64,000 bases of DNA from Candidatus Ozemobacteraceae bacterium. GTDB taxonomy: Bacteria > Muiribacteriota > Ozemobacteria > Ozemobacterales > Ozemobacteraceae. The stretch covers positions 14,492 through 78,491 of the forward strand of contig DAOOQQ010000013.1 of the NCBI GenBank assembly GCA_035388825.1, given 5' to 3'. The notes under the pieces were generated by a model. It worked only from the letters and a program-made list of their open reading frames with translations, was not told where the DNA came from and searched no databases. How positions within the stretch are numbered: position 1 is the stretch's first letter; each line of letters opens with the position of its first letter. Shown here in pieces: positions 18,125-27,035 of this stretch. Position numbers and translations under genes: made by a program.

Positions 18125-19297
18125 TCAGCCGGCCGTCGGAAGGTCGATGAACCGCTTCCGCAACAGGGACTCCCAGTCGGGAAGCGAGACCAGATGCGAA
18201 ACGATGCGGGATGCTGCGTGGCCGTCCCCATAGGGGCTTTCGACGGTCGAGCAGTCCATCCCGAAAGCCCTGGACAACGCCGCGGCGATTGCGTCGCGCG
18301 CCGGCGGGCAGTCGATGACAGACGCGGCACGCTCGCGGCCCTGCTGCCGGTCGCCGACATTGACCGCCGGTTTTTTCAGTGCCGGTGCTTCATACAGTCC
18401 GCTCGAGGAGTTGCCGACGACGGCATCGCAGTGCCGCATGGCGCTGAGATACAGGAGCTGGCCGAGCGACTCGTGAAGGCAGGCCGAGGGGTGGGTGGCG
18501 ATGAAAGCATCCAGCCTCGTCCGCAACGGGGCGGCCCCGGGGTCGGCATTGGGTGCCGTGAAGATCAGGCCGGTGTCGGGGTTGAGCGCGCCGAGGGCGG
18601 CGAGCAGCTCGTCGAGCTGGTGTTCGCCGGGGGTGGCACCGAGGGTCACGGGATGGAAGGTGACGAGCAGATTGCGCTTCCGAAGCCGGAATCCGAGACG
18701 GCGCTCGAGCTCTTCCCGTGAAAGAGGCGGAGTCTCCCGGATCACGTCGATGCCGGTGCTGCCGGAGACGACGATGCGATGGGCTTCTTCGCCGAGCTGG
18801 AGGATGCGCCGGGCCGAGGCGGGCGTGGTCGCGAAATGCAGGTGGGACAGCTTCGTCAGGCTGTGGCGGATCGCGTCGTCGAAGGCGCCCTCCGTCACGT
18901 CGCCACCCGCGAGGTGGGCGATGGGGATACGCATCAGAAGCGCCGCGAGGGCGGCGGCCAGCATCTCATACCGGTCGCCGAGAAGGACGATCATCCCGGG
19001 CCCGAGGCGGGAAAAGGCCTCGGCGAAGCCGGAGACGCCCCGGCCGGCCGCCCGGGCCAGCTCGGCCCCCGAGTCACCGTTGAGGCCGAGGTCCACCCGC
19101 TCGTCGATGGCAAACCCGTCCCGGTCGATGGCGCGCCAGGTTTCCCCGTGAGCCGGGCTGAGATGGGTGCCCGTGATGGCAAGCTGCAGGCGCAGCGCGG
19201 GCTGATTGCGGATTTCCCGCATGACGGGGGCCAGAAGCCCATACTCGGCCCGGGATCCCGTGACAACACACACCGCACGCGGGTTGCCGACAGTCAT
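18125..19297 (-). CDS. neuC: UDP-N-acetylglucosamine 2-epimerase (hydrolysing)
   Basis: Motifs VCVVTGSRAEYGLLAPVMREI, LGDRYE and HLAGG. The start overlaps the upstream stop by 1 nt (TGATG). Confidence 0.9.
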   Translation of the reverse strand: MTVGNPRAVCVVTGSRAEYGLLAPVMREIRNQPALRLQLAITGTHLSPAHGETWRAIDRDGFAIDERVDLGLNGDSGAELARAAGRGVSGFAEAFSRLGPGMIVLLGDRYEMLAAALAALLMRIPIAHLAGGDVTEGAFDDAIRHSLTKLSHLHFATTPASARRILQLGEEAHRIVVSGSTGIDVIRETPPLSREELERRLGFRLRKRNLLVTFHPVTLGATPGEHQLDELLAALGALNPDTGLIFTAPNADPGAAPLRTRLDAFIATHPSACLHESLGQLLYLSAMRHCDAVVGNSSSGLYEAPALKKPAVNVGDRQQGRERAASVIDCPPARDAIAAALSRAFGMDCSTVESPYGDGHAASRIVSHLVSLPDWESLLRKRFIDLPTAG

Positions 19298-20307
19298 CAG
19301 ATATTATACCTATCGATTTTATAAAGAGAAAGATTTTCGGGCCGGACGAACCAGTCCGCCGTCTCGGTCAGACCGCGTCGGAGGCCGTCGATACCGGCGT
19401 ATTCCGGGGACCAGCCGAGAAGCGTGCGGGCCTTCGTGTTATCGGCCCGAAGACGTTCGACTTCGCTTCCGGCGGGGCGGAGGCGCTGGGCATCCGTTTC
19501 GATCTCGATCGTTGCCCCCATGATGCCGGCGATCAGATGCGCCGTCTCGCCGATCGAAATCTCCTCGTTCCGGCCGAGATTGATGATCTGGCCGAGGGTG
19601 CCGGGAGCTTGTGCCGCGGCGATGAAGCCCCGGACGGTATCCGAGACGTGGTTGAAGTCGCGGGTCGGCGTGACGGCGCCAAGTTTGATCCGCCGGTTCC
19701 CGGCCGCGATCTGGGTGATGATGGTCGGGATGACGGCACGCGCCGACTGCCTGGGGCCGTAGGTGTTGAACGGACGGACGATGACGACCGGGGTGGCGAA
19801 GGAGTGGAAGAACGACAGGGCGATCTGGTCGGCCCCGATCTTCGAGGCGGAGTAGGGCGACTGCGGCTGAAGCGGGTGTTCTTCGGTGATCGGGACGAAC
19901 CGTGCCGTTCCGTAGACTTCGCTGGTGGAGGTGTGGACAACCCGATTCACGCCCAGTTCGCGGGCGGCCTGGACCACGTTCAGCGTGCCTTTTACATTCG
20001 TATCGATATATGTGTCGGGGGAGTGATACGAGTAGGGAATCGCGATCAGGGCCGCCAGGTGAAACACCAGGTCGCAGCCGTCCATGGCCCGGCGCACGCC
20101 GTGGGGGTCGCGGATGTCTCCGGCGAACACTTCGAGCTCGCACCGGATTTCGGGCGGGCTTTGGTCCAGCCAGCCCCAGCTGCCGAACGAGTTGTAGAGG
20201 ACGAAGGCGCGCACGCGGTGTCCCGCGCGGACCAGGGCTTCGGTCAGATGGGAGCCGATGAAGCCGTCGGCGCCGGTGACGAGAATGCGCTTGCCGGTGT
20301 CAGGCAT
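19297..20307 (-). CDS. NAD-dependent nucleotide-sugar 4,6-dehydratase-type SDR (LegB/PseB-like position in the locus)
   Basis: Motifs ILVTGADGFIGSHL, YNSFGSWGWLD and YSASKIGAD. AAGGAG RBS upstream. Confidence 0.8.
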   Translation of the reverse strand: MPDTGKRILVTGADGFIGSHLTEALVRAGHRVRAFVLYNSFGSWGWLDQSPPEIRCELEVFAGDIRDPHGVRRAMDGCDLVFHLAALIAIPYSYHSPDTYIDTNVKGTLNVVQAARELGVNRVVHTSTSEVYGTARFVPITEEHPLQPQSPYSASKIGADQIALSFFHSFATPVVIVRPFNTYGPRQSARAVIPTIITQIAAGNRRIKLGAVTPTRDFNHVSDTVRGFIAAAQAPGTLGQIINLGRNEEISIGETAHLIAGIMGATIEIETDAQRLRPAGSEVERLRADNTKARTLLGWSPEYAGIDGLRRGLTETADWFVRPENLSLYKIDRYNI

Positions 20308-20333
20308 GGTGAGTCGCTCCTTGCGGGATCATC

Positions 20334-21548
20334 CTAGCCCGTTCCCCGCCGCGCCGCAAGGCCGGACGGAGGATAATCCGCCCCGCTTCTTGCGAGCAGC
20401 CGGAGATACAGCGACTGCAGGCGGATCCTTTCGTCCTCGATCCGGAACCGGGTTTCGACCGTCCGTTTCCCGGCGGTTGCCATGGCCCGGGCCCGGTTGG
20501 GGTGCCCGAGCAGCGTGCGGAGGTGGGTGGCCAGCTCCCCGGGGGTGTTCGACCGGAGAAGCAGGCCGTTTTCCCCGTCGGCGATCACGTCGGGGACCCC
20601 GCCGACCGCGGAGGCGATCGTCGGAATGCCGCCCGCAAGGGCCTCGAGAACCGCATGGGGCAACCCCTCCGCCTCGGACGTGAAGACGAACAGATCGAGT
20701 CGTGCCAGGAGAGCCGGCACGTCGTGGCACCACCCGGGAAATTCGACGCGATCGGCAATTCCGAGAGAGTGGGCGAGTGCGACGAGCCGATCGCGCTCCG
20801 GGCCGTCTCCCGCGACGACGAGGCGCAGTCGCGGATACCCGGCCGCCAGCTCCCGGAAGGCCTGGATGACGACCTCGGGCTTCTTTTCGGGGGACAACCT
20901 GCCAAGCGTCCCGATCACGGTTTCCCGACCGCCTCCGCCGCAAAGTGAGATATTTGTATTGATATATATACCTGACGGTATCAGGGAAACGGCCGATGCC
21001 GCAATGTCGAACTCGTCCACGGCCTGCCGGCGCATTCGTTCCGTCAGGACGATGAAGTGATCGATCCGGCGTCTGCACAGCCGGAACACGAGACGGTTCA
21101 GAGGCGCTTTCCACGAGGCATCGAGCCAGTATCGGGGATCGCTCTCCCAGGAGGAAATATGGACCGGTATACCAAACAGACGGCGCATCAATACGCCGGC
21201 GGCATCGCAGGGGAGGAAAAGGGTGTGCAGCAGAGTGGGTTGCACCTGCGCAAGGAGTCTGGCGAGGCTCCGGAGACCTGCGCTCATCCAGTGACGGACG
21301 GGATACAGCCCCTCCGCCGGGATGGCGCGAATTCGCCCGAACGATTCGAAATGGCAGCGGATGGCATCCGCTTCGGCTGGATTGCCCGGGGCAAAGATCA
21401 GCGTGGTATCGAATCTCTCCGGATCGATGATCCGGGCCCAGTTCGTCAGATGCTTCCACGTGCCCCCAATGCCGAAGTGAAGTGGACCGCAGAGCCACGC
21501 GATGCGGTGTCTGGGGTCCGTCTGGCCAATGTGAAAAGAGGCTGTCAT
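20334..21548 (-). CDS. family 4 (GT-B) glycosyltransferase, paralog of 14252..15409
   Basis: I chose the start at the internal ATG 21548 (MTASFHIGQ...). From there the protein aligns with the paralog (RIAWLCGPLHFGIGGTWKHLTNWA vs RVAWVCTPLLYGIGGTWKHLTNWA). It has an E-x7-E motif, TSEAEGLPHAVLEALAGGIPTIASAVGGVPDVI. Confidence 0.8.
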   Translation of the reverse strand: MTASFHIGQTDPRHRIAWLCGPLHFGIGGTWKHLTNWARIIDPERFDTTLIFAPGNPAEADAIRCHFESFGRIRAIPAEGLYPVRHWMSAGLRSLARLLAQVQPTLLHTLFLPCDAAGVLMRRLFGIPVHISSWESDPRYWLDASWKAPLNRLVFRLCRRRIDHFIVLTERMRRQAVDEFDIAASAVSLIPSGIYINTNISLCGGGGRETVIGTLGRLSPEKKPEVVIQAFRELAAGYPRLRLVVAGDGPERDRLVALAHSLGIADRVEFPGWCHDVPALLARLDLFVFTSEAEGLPHAVLEALAGGIPTIASAVGGVPDVIADGENGLLLRSNTPGELATHLRTLLGHPNRARAMATAGKRTVETRFRIEDERIRLQSLYLRLLARSGADYPPSGLAARRGTG

Positions 21549-21697
21549 GGCGATTCTTCCGCATGCTATCCCGGAACCGGTCCGCGTGCAAACTGCCCTG
21601 TGGGCAAGCCCGAGCTTGAAGCTGTCCCGGCATTTGCGCGGGGGCAGGGCTTGAAGTATGGTAGGGAAGTATCGTTCGATGGCGAAAGGGAGAGGGC

Positions 21698-22726
21698 ATG
21701 AAACGGTTCGCTCTTGCTGCATGGATGAGTCTGTTCCTGGCCGGTGCCGCCCTGGCGGGGCCGAGGGTCGTGTTCACCGGGGAGATTTCCGCGAATCCCG
21801 ATCTGTACAGCCTCGACCTGGCAACGGTGCCGGCTGAACCGCGCCATCCGGGCGCCGCCGGCACACTTCCCGCCTCGTACGGGGCGGACAAGGTCGTCAG
21901 GCTGACGAACGCCTCCACGGCGGAAATGCAGCCATCCGTGGCGGCCGACGGCAAAACGATCGCGTTCGTTTCCGACGCCGACGGCGCCCCATCACTGTAT
22001 CTGATGGATGCGGCCGCTCCGCAGGCTCCCTGGCAGCGGGTGAGCCCCGGGATGGGGGCGTATGCCCACCCGGCGTTTTCCCCAGACGGTGGGCAGATTG
22101 CCGTCAGCTATGCGCCGGATCCCGAAGCCCCGCTGACCGGCACCTGCATTGCCCTCGTCGATCCGAAGGCGAAGACCCAGGCCGTTCTGATCCGGGGTTC
22201 TGATGTGCGGCCCGGCTATGATGCTGCCGACGGGCCGGTTCTGGTTCTGGACCGGCCGCACTGGGTCGATGCGGGGAGCCTTCTGTTCGTCGCCCTCGAA
22301 TACGCCGATGCCGAGAGCGGTCGTCTGCTCAGTGCGACGATGTACCGGTTCGCCATTGCCGGCAAAACCTTGACGCGCCTTGCCGGTGGGGAATCGTACT
22401 TTGACGAGCAGGGTGCGCCGCGCGGTTTCAAGGCTTCGGTGCCTTGGTGCCGGCCTGACGGCGGGCTCGTGACGTTTGCGGCGATCCAGGGCCATTTCGA
22501 TCGGACGGCCATGGCCATGAAGCCGGATGCGACGGAAAAACGGGTTCTCCCCATCCGCGACCCCGAGTTCTGGGGACCGGCGATTCCCGTCGAGGGCGAG
22601 TATCTGTATGGATTCCGCGGCGATGACGGCCGTCTGGGACTTGCTCTGACCACCAAGGCAGGGAAAGGGCCGCGGCGCGTGATCGGCTTCGGCGGCGCCG
22701 CTCTCGACCCGATCGTGGTCCCCTGA
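21698..22726 (+). CDS. exported PD40/TolB-like beta-propeller repeat protein
   Basis: Signal peptide MKRFALAAWMSLFLAGAALAG. PD40-type repeats (DGKTIAFVSDADGAPSLYLMD, SPDGGQIAVSY). Confidence 0.7.
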   Translation: MKRFALAAWMSLFLAGAALAGPRVVFTGEISANPDLYSLDLATVPAEPRHPGAAGTLPASYGADKVVRLTNASTAEMQPSVAADGKTIAFVSDADGAPSLYLMDAAAPQAPWQRVSPGMGAYAHPAFSPDGGQIAVSYAPDPEAPLTGTCIALVDPKAKTQAVLIRGSDVRPGYDAADGPVLVLDRPHWVDAGSLLFVALEYADAESGRLLSATMYRFAIAGKTLTRLAGGESYFDEQGAPRGFKASVPWCRPDGGLVTFAAIQGHFDRTAMAMKPDATEKRVLPIRDPEFWGPAIPVEGEYLYGFRGDDGRLGLALTTKAGKGPRRVIGFGGAALDPIVVP

Positions 22727-22910
22727 CCGAAAGCGGACGTGCCCGCGATTTCGAGATGACGATCCGCAGATGGCACGGATCGGGTCGTCGGCATCTCGAC
22801 GTGGACGCCCGTGTGTTCCGAAAAAAATATGAATTGATATATATCATGCCGGTCTCGAAGCGTGCGTTCGTGCGCGTCGGGGAGTGTGTCGCCGGGACAG
22901 GGATGAAACG

Positions 22911-24632
22911 ATGGATTTCGCAGCGCTGAGACGGCATGTGGCCGAGACGGCGGCGGCCTGGAAAGAGCGGCCGCCGATCGTCGCGCGTGCCGTCGATCTG
23001 GCTCCATCGGGATTCGGTCTGGTGCTGAAAGCCCCGGCGGGGTGGGAATGTTTACAGATCCATCTGAACCCCGATCAACAGGGATTCAGGATCTCGCCGG
23101 CCTGGGACGAAGCGCCGGGTGAATCGGCGCTCACCCGGGCCATGGCCCGGCACCTGAAGGATGCCCGCATCGAGCGGATCGAGCTGTTCGAAGCCTCGCC
23201 TGAAAGCGCCAACGATCGCATCGTCCGCTGGCGGTTTCTGGTTCGTGACCCGTTTTTCGGGACGGTGAAACGGTTTTCCCTCATCGGGGAGTTCACCGGG
23301 CGCATTGCCAACCTGCTGCTGTGCGACGCGGACGGTGCCGTCATCGAACAGGCCCGTGCCACGGGGAACAACCGGCCGCGCGAGGCGTATCGGCCTCCCG
23401 CGACTTCGCCCGCCGACCAGGTGAATCCGTCGACGGCCTCGAACGAACTTCTCGGGGAAATCCTCTCGGCACCGCAACAGACATGGCCCGACCGCCTTCG
23501 GTGCTTTTCCCCGCTTGCAGCCAAAGAGCTGGCGTTCCGGCGGAATGCCTCTCCGGATCGGAACCCTGTCAGCCTTCTGCTCGATCTGGCCGTGGAAGCT
23601 TCCGCGGTCGACGGCCCGGTGCGGGTGTATCTGCAGGCGCGCCGGATGCCCGTTGTCAGTGCGTTCGAAGCCCGGCACCTCGAAGCGCTCGGGGCGGAGG
23701 TGCGCGACACTGCAACGGTCAATGCCGCATTGGAGCTGGTCGAGCGGGAGTTGTTGCAGCCCAGGCGGCTCGAGGCCCTGCGGGAACAGGCGGTTGCGGC
23801 GTTCGAGCGCGACCTGCGGACGAAAGAGCGGCTGCTCGAAACGCAGAGAGCGCTTCAGGCGGAGTATGCCGATGCCGAAAGCTGGCGCCGATCGGGCGAT
23901 CTGTTGCTGACCTATGGCGGCGACATTCTCCCGCGGGCTTCGGAAGCGCATCTGACAGATTGGGAAACGGGGCAGGAGGTGACGATTCCGCTTGATCCGT
24001 CCCGGACCCCGGCGCAGAACGCACAGAAATGTTTTCATCGCTATAAAAAGGCACTCCGGGGCCGGGAGGAAACCGCCCGACGCATCAGGGAGCTCGGAGC
24101 CGATATCGCCTGGATCCGTGAGCAGATCTGGCTGTGCGGCCAGGCCGAGACGGCCGCCGACCTCGTCGCGCTGCCCACGGCCCGACCCCGGAAAGGCCGG
24201 CATGCACGCGCCGGCGGCCGGGGCGAGTCGGACCGGGCCCGGGCTGCGGCGAAGCTGATCCGCCCGCTGATCGAGATCGACGGGTGCCGCTTCTATGTCG
24301 GCCGGAACGGCCGGCAGAACGATCTGATCACCTTCCAGATCGGTCGTCGCGGCGACATCTGGTTCCACGCGAACGACGTTCCGGGAAGCCATGTCGTGGC
24401 TCGGCGGCCGGGCGGAACGCCCGATTCCGAGGACCTGGTGCGGGGTGCGGCGCTCGCGGCCTGGTTCAGCTTCGCCCGCGGCAGTTCGAAAGTACCGGTC
24501 GATTACGCCGACATCGCATTTGTGAAGCGCATTCCCGGGGGCGGTGCGGGCCGCGTGAACTACACGAACCAGAAAACCCTGTTCGTCGATCCGGCTTCCG
24601 CCCGGCAACTCCTCGAACCCCCCGAAGCCTGA
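22911..24632 (+). CDS. NFACT-family protein (RqcH / fibronectin-binding protein A-like ribosome quality-control factor)
   Basis: An N-terminal NFACT-N-like region, a central coiled coil, and a C-terminal NFACT-R/DUF814 motif (FYVGRNGRQNDLIT...DIWFHANDVPGSHVV). Confidence 0.8.
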   Translation: MDFAALRRHVAETAAAWKERPPIVARAVDLAPSGFGLVLKAPAGWECLQIHLNPDQQGFRISPAWDEAPGESALTRAMARHLKDARIERIELFEASPESANDRIVRWRFLVRDPFFGTVKRFSLIGEFTGRIANLLLCDADGAVIEQARATGNNRPREAYRPPATSPADQVNPSTASNELLGEILSAPQQTWPDRLRCFSPLAAKELAFRRNASPDRNPVSLLLDLAVEASAVDGPVRVYLQARRMPVVSAFEARHLEALGAEVRDTATVNAALELVERELLQPRRLEALREQAVAAFERDLRTKERLLETQRALQAEYADAESWRRSGDLLLTYGGDILPRASEAHLTDWETGQEVTIPLDPSRTPAQNAQKCFHRYKKALRGREETARRIRELGADIAWIREQIWLCGQAETAADLVALPTARPRKGRHARAGGRGESDRARAAAKLIRPLIEIDGCRFYVGRNGRQNDLITFQIGRRGDIWFHANDVPGSHVVARRPGGTPDSEDLVRGAALAAWFSFARGSSKVPVDYADIAFVKRIPGGGAGRVNYTNQKTLFVDPASARQLLEPPEA

Positions 24633-24660
24633 CCGGTTGCCCGGCCTCCTCTGCTGCGGA

Positions 24661-25839
24661 TCAGAGTTTCACGAGGATGGCGGTGAGGTCATCCGCGAAG
24701 GGAGCGTCGCCGCCGAAGGCGGTGACTTGCTGGAAGAGCCGCTGGAGAAGAAGATCGGGAGCCTCTGCGTGCCCTTCGCGAAGGGTGGCTTCGAGGCCTT
24801 CGACGCCGAAAAAGGCGCCGTCGGCGTTCCTGCGGTCGGTGAATCCGTCCGAGTAGAGCAGCACGAGATCGCCGGGGCCGACCGGCTGCACGATCTGGCT
24901 GTACGGCCGGAGCTGCGGGAACCCCAGCGGCGGGCTCGAGCCTTTCAGTTGGGTGATGGTGCCGGTCCTGGCCGAATAGAGGAGGGTCGGCGTGTGACCC
25001 GCTTCGACCCAGGTCATCGTGCCGGCGGCCAGGTCGAAACGTGTGTAGATAAGGGTCGCGAAGCTGCCCAGCTCGAGCAGGTCGCCGCCGAGATCCTCCT
25101 GCACCCGTCGCAGGATGCGTTCCGGTTCGGGGAGACGGCAGAGTCCGGTGGTGCAGGCCTCCACGGCGAGACGACCGATGGCCCGGGCGAAAGCGTTTTT
25201 CGTGCCGGCGCCGATCATGGCCGAATGCAGCCCCTTGCCCATCACGTCCCCGACGAGAAGATCGAAACAGTCCGGCCGGTAGGCGACGAAGTCGATGAAG
25301 TCGCCGTCCACCACCTGCGATGGCAGGCTCATGCTGGCAATCCGGGCGCCTCCCGACTCGGCGGGGATCTTGCCGAGCAGCAACGTCTTCTGGATCTCGC
25401 CTGCGATGCGGATTTCCTGTTCCCGGGCGGCCTTCTCGGTCTGGATCAGCTCATACTGGTGCAGCCCGTTCTCGAGGGCGGAGTGCAGCAGCTCGGGCGG
25501 GCAGGGCTTCGTCAGGAACCGGTAGATGTTGCCTTCGTTGACGGCCTGCATGGCGACCTTGAAGTCGAGCTCGCCGGTCAGCATGATGCGCGTCGTTTCC
25601 GGTGAAATCTCCTTCACCTTCGCCAGGAACGCCGCTCCGTCCATGCGCGGCATCCGGAAATCCGAGACGACGACGGGAAAGGGCTCTCCGTCCATGATGA
25701 CGCGAAGGCCCGCTTCCCCGTCCGGCGCCGTCGTGACGCTCCACGAGCGGCTCAGGATGCGGCTGTACGAGGAAAGGATGTTCGGTTCGTCATCCACGAG
25801 CAGGATCCGGGGCTTCTGGCCGTCGGCGGATTGGTTCAT
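24661..25839 (-). CDS. response regulator with PP2C/SpoIIE-type phosphatase output
   Basis: Receiver domain (ILLVDDEPNIL...VVVSDFRMPRMDG...K) followed by a SpoIIE-like domain (DFIDF...GDVMGKG...LLYSDGFTD). The start at the internal ATG 25839 overlaps the upstream stop (ATGA). Confidence 0.85.
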   Translation of the reverse strand: MNQSADGQKPRILLVDDEPNILSSYSRILSRSWSVTTAPDGEAGLRVIMDGEPFPVVVSDFRMPRMDGAAFLAKVKEISPETTRIMLTGELDFKVAMQAVNEGNIYRFLTKPCPPELLHSALENGLHQYELIQTEKAAREQEIRIAGEIQKTLLLGKIPAESGGARIASMSLPSQVVDGDFIDFVAYRPDCFDLLVGDVMGKGLHSAMIGAGTKNAFARAIGRLAVEACTTGLCRLPEPERILRRVQEDLGGDLLELGSFATLIYTRFDLAAGTMTWVEAGHTPTLLYSARTGTITQLKGSSPPLGFPQLRPYSQIVQPVGPGDLVLLYSDGFTDRRNADGAFFGVEGLEATLREGHAEAPDLLLQRLFQQVTAFGGDAPFADDLTAILVKL

Positions 25840-27035
25840 CGGCGCACCTCGTGTAACGCATGGCGGCAGGCTTCGAGCCAGGCCGGAATGCGGGATGTCA
25901 GACCGATCGCGTCGGTTGCGGCCCGGTCGAGCACCGGGGCGTCGGGGCATTCGAGGAACGCATTCGCGACGTGGACGGCGATGAGCGGGGCGAATGCCGC
26001 CTGCACCTGGCGGGCCGGGCGATGGTGGCCGGCGACGGCCTCCACGACCGTATCCGGCAGGCCCCACAGAGCGAGCAGATAGCCCCCGATCTCGGCGTGC
26101 GAAACCGAGAACTCGTCATACTCGGCGTCGGGAAACGAACGCCCGGCCTCCAGCCGGCGCAGCACCGGGCGCAGATACGCGGGAACGTCGAGCATCAGCA
26201 GTTTGCCGATGTCGTGCATCATGCCGCCGAGCATCGCTTCCTCCGCCATGCGGCCGCCTCCCCCCTCGGCCCGGACGATCGCGCGTGCGAGAAGGGCCGT
26301 CTGCGAACTGTGGGCCCAGATTTCGTCGAGAGAAAGGCCGGGAACGGGCGAATCGGGGGCGGTAAAAAACAGCTTAACATATAAAACCAATGACTTTATG
26401 ACGTTCGTCCCCAGGAGCTGTGTTGCCTCGGTCGGATTCGTCACCCGGCGTGGGAGACCGAAAAAGGCCGAGTTGACGAGCTGGAGCACGCGGCCGGTCA
26501 TCGAGATGTCTTTCGCGATGATCGTGCCGATCTGGTCGATCGAGGCGTGCTCGGATTCGAGGGCCCGGACCAGCTCGGTGTAGAGGGGCGGCAGGCTCGG
26601 CAGGTGCGGAATGCCGCCGATCACCTTCAACAGCTCCGGCCGCTTGAGAAGACGCCGGAGGCTGACGGCCCGGTTGATGGCCTCGACGAGCTGGGCGGCC
26701 TGGCAGGGTTTGGCGAGGAACTGGTGGGCGGCCTGGGTCGACTGGAGCAGCAGCTCCGACTCGTTGTCCGCTTCGGCAGAGAGGACGAGACGGGCGACCT
26801 CGGGATGGTGGTTGCGGGTATAGACCAGCAGATGCCCGCCATACACGGGCGGCAGGTTGAGATCGGCCACGAGAGCGTCGAAGGGCTGGCTCGCCAGCAG
26901 GGCCGTGGCCTCGGCCGGCGTTTCCACAAACAGGGTCTCCCAGTCGAGGCGCATGCTCCGGATCAGCCGCCGGAGGCCATCCAGCACGTTCCGGTCGCGG
27001 TCGACGAACAGAATCACGGGGCGGGTTGCGGTCAT
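25836..27035 (-). CDS. response regulator with HDOD domain
   Basis: Receiver domain (ILFVDRDRNVL...DALVADLNLP) followed by an HDOD-like region (LPSLPPLYTELVRAL...ISMTGRVLQLVNSAFFG...HDIGKL). The ATG at 27035 overlaps the HK stop (ATGA). Confidence 0.8.
   Translation of the reverse strand: MTATRPVILFVDRDRNVLDGLRRLIRSMRLDWETLFVETPAEATALLASQPFDALVADLNLPPVYGGHLLVYTRNHHPEVARLVLSAEADNESELLLQSTQAAHQFLAKPCQAAQLVEAINRAVSLRRLLKRPELLKVIGGIPHLPSLPPLYTELVRALESEHASIDQIGTIIAKDISMTGRVLQLVNSAFFGLPRRVTNPTEATQLLGTNVIKSLVLYVKLFFTAPDSPVPGLSLDEIWAHSSQTALLARAIVRAEGGGGRMAEEAMLGGMMHDIGKLLMLDVPAYLRPVLRRLEAGRSFPDAEYDEFSVSHAEIGGYLLALWGLPDTVVEAVAGHHRPARQVQAAFAPLIAVHVANAFLECPDAPVLDRAATDAIGLTSRIPAWLEACRHALHEVRR

Noticed and set aside
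20334-21722. Long 5' extensions of ORF-track entries (20334..21722, 24661..26067, 25836..27467, 45096..46934, 41094..41999, 3686..4966, 11745..12320, 37932..39311).
   Set aside because: The extensions are non-protein-like and overlap upstream genes. In each case an internal ATG coincides with the start of homology, with an RBS, or with an ATGA overlap to the upstream stop, so I used the shorter coordinates.
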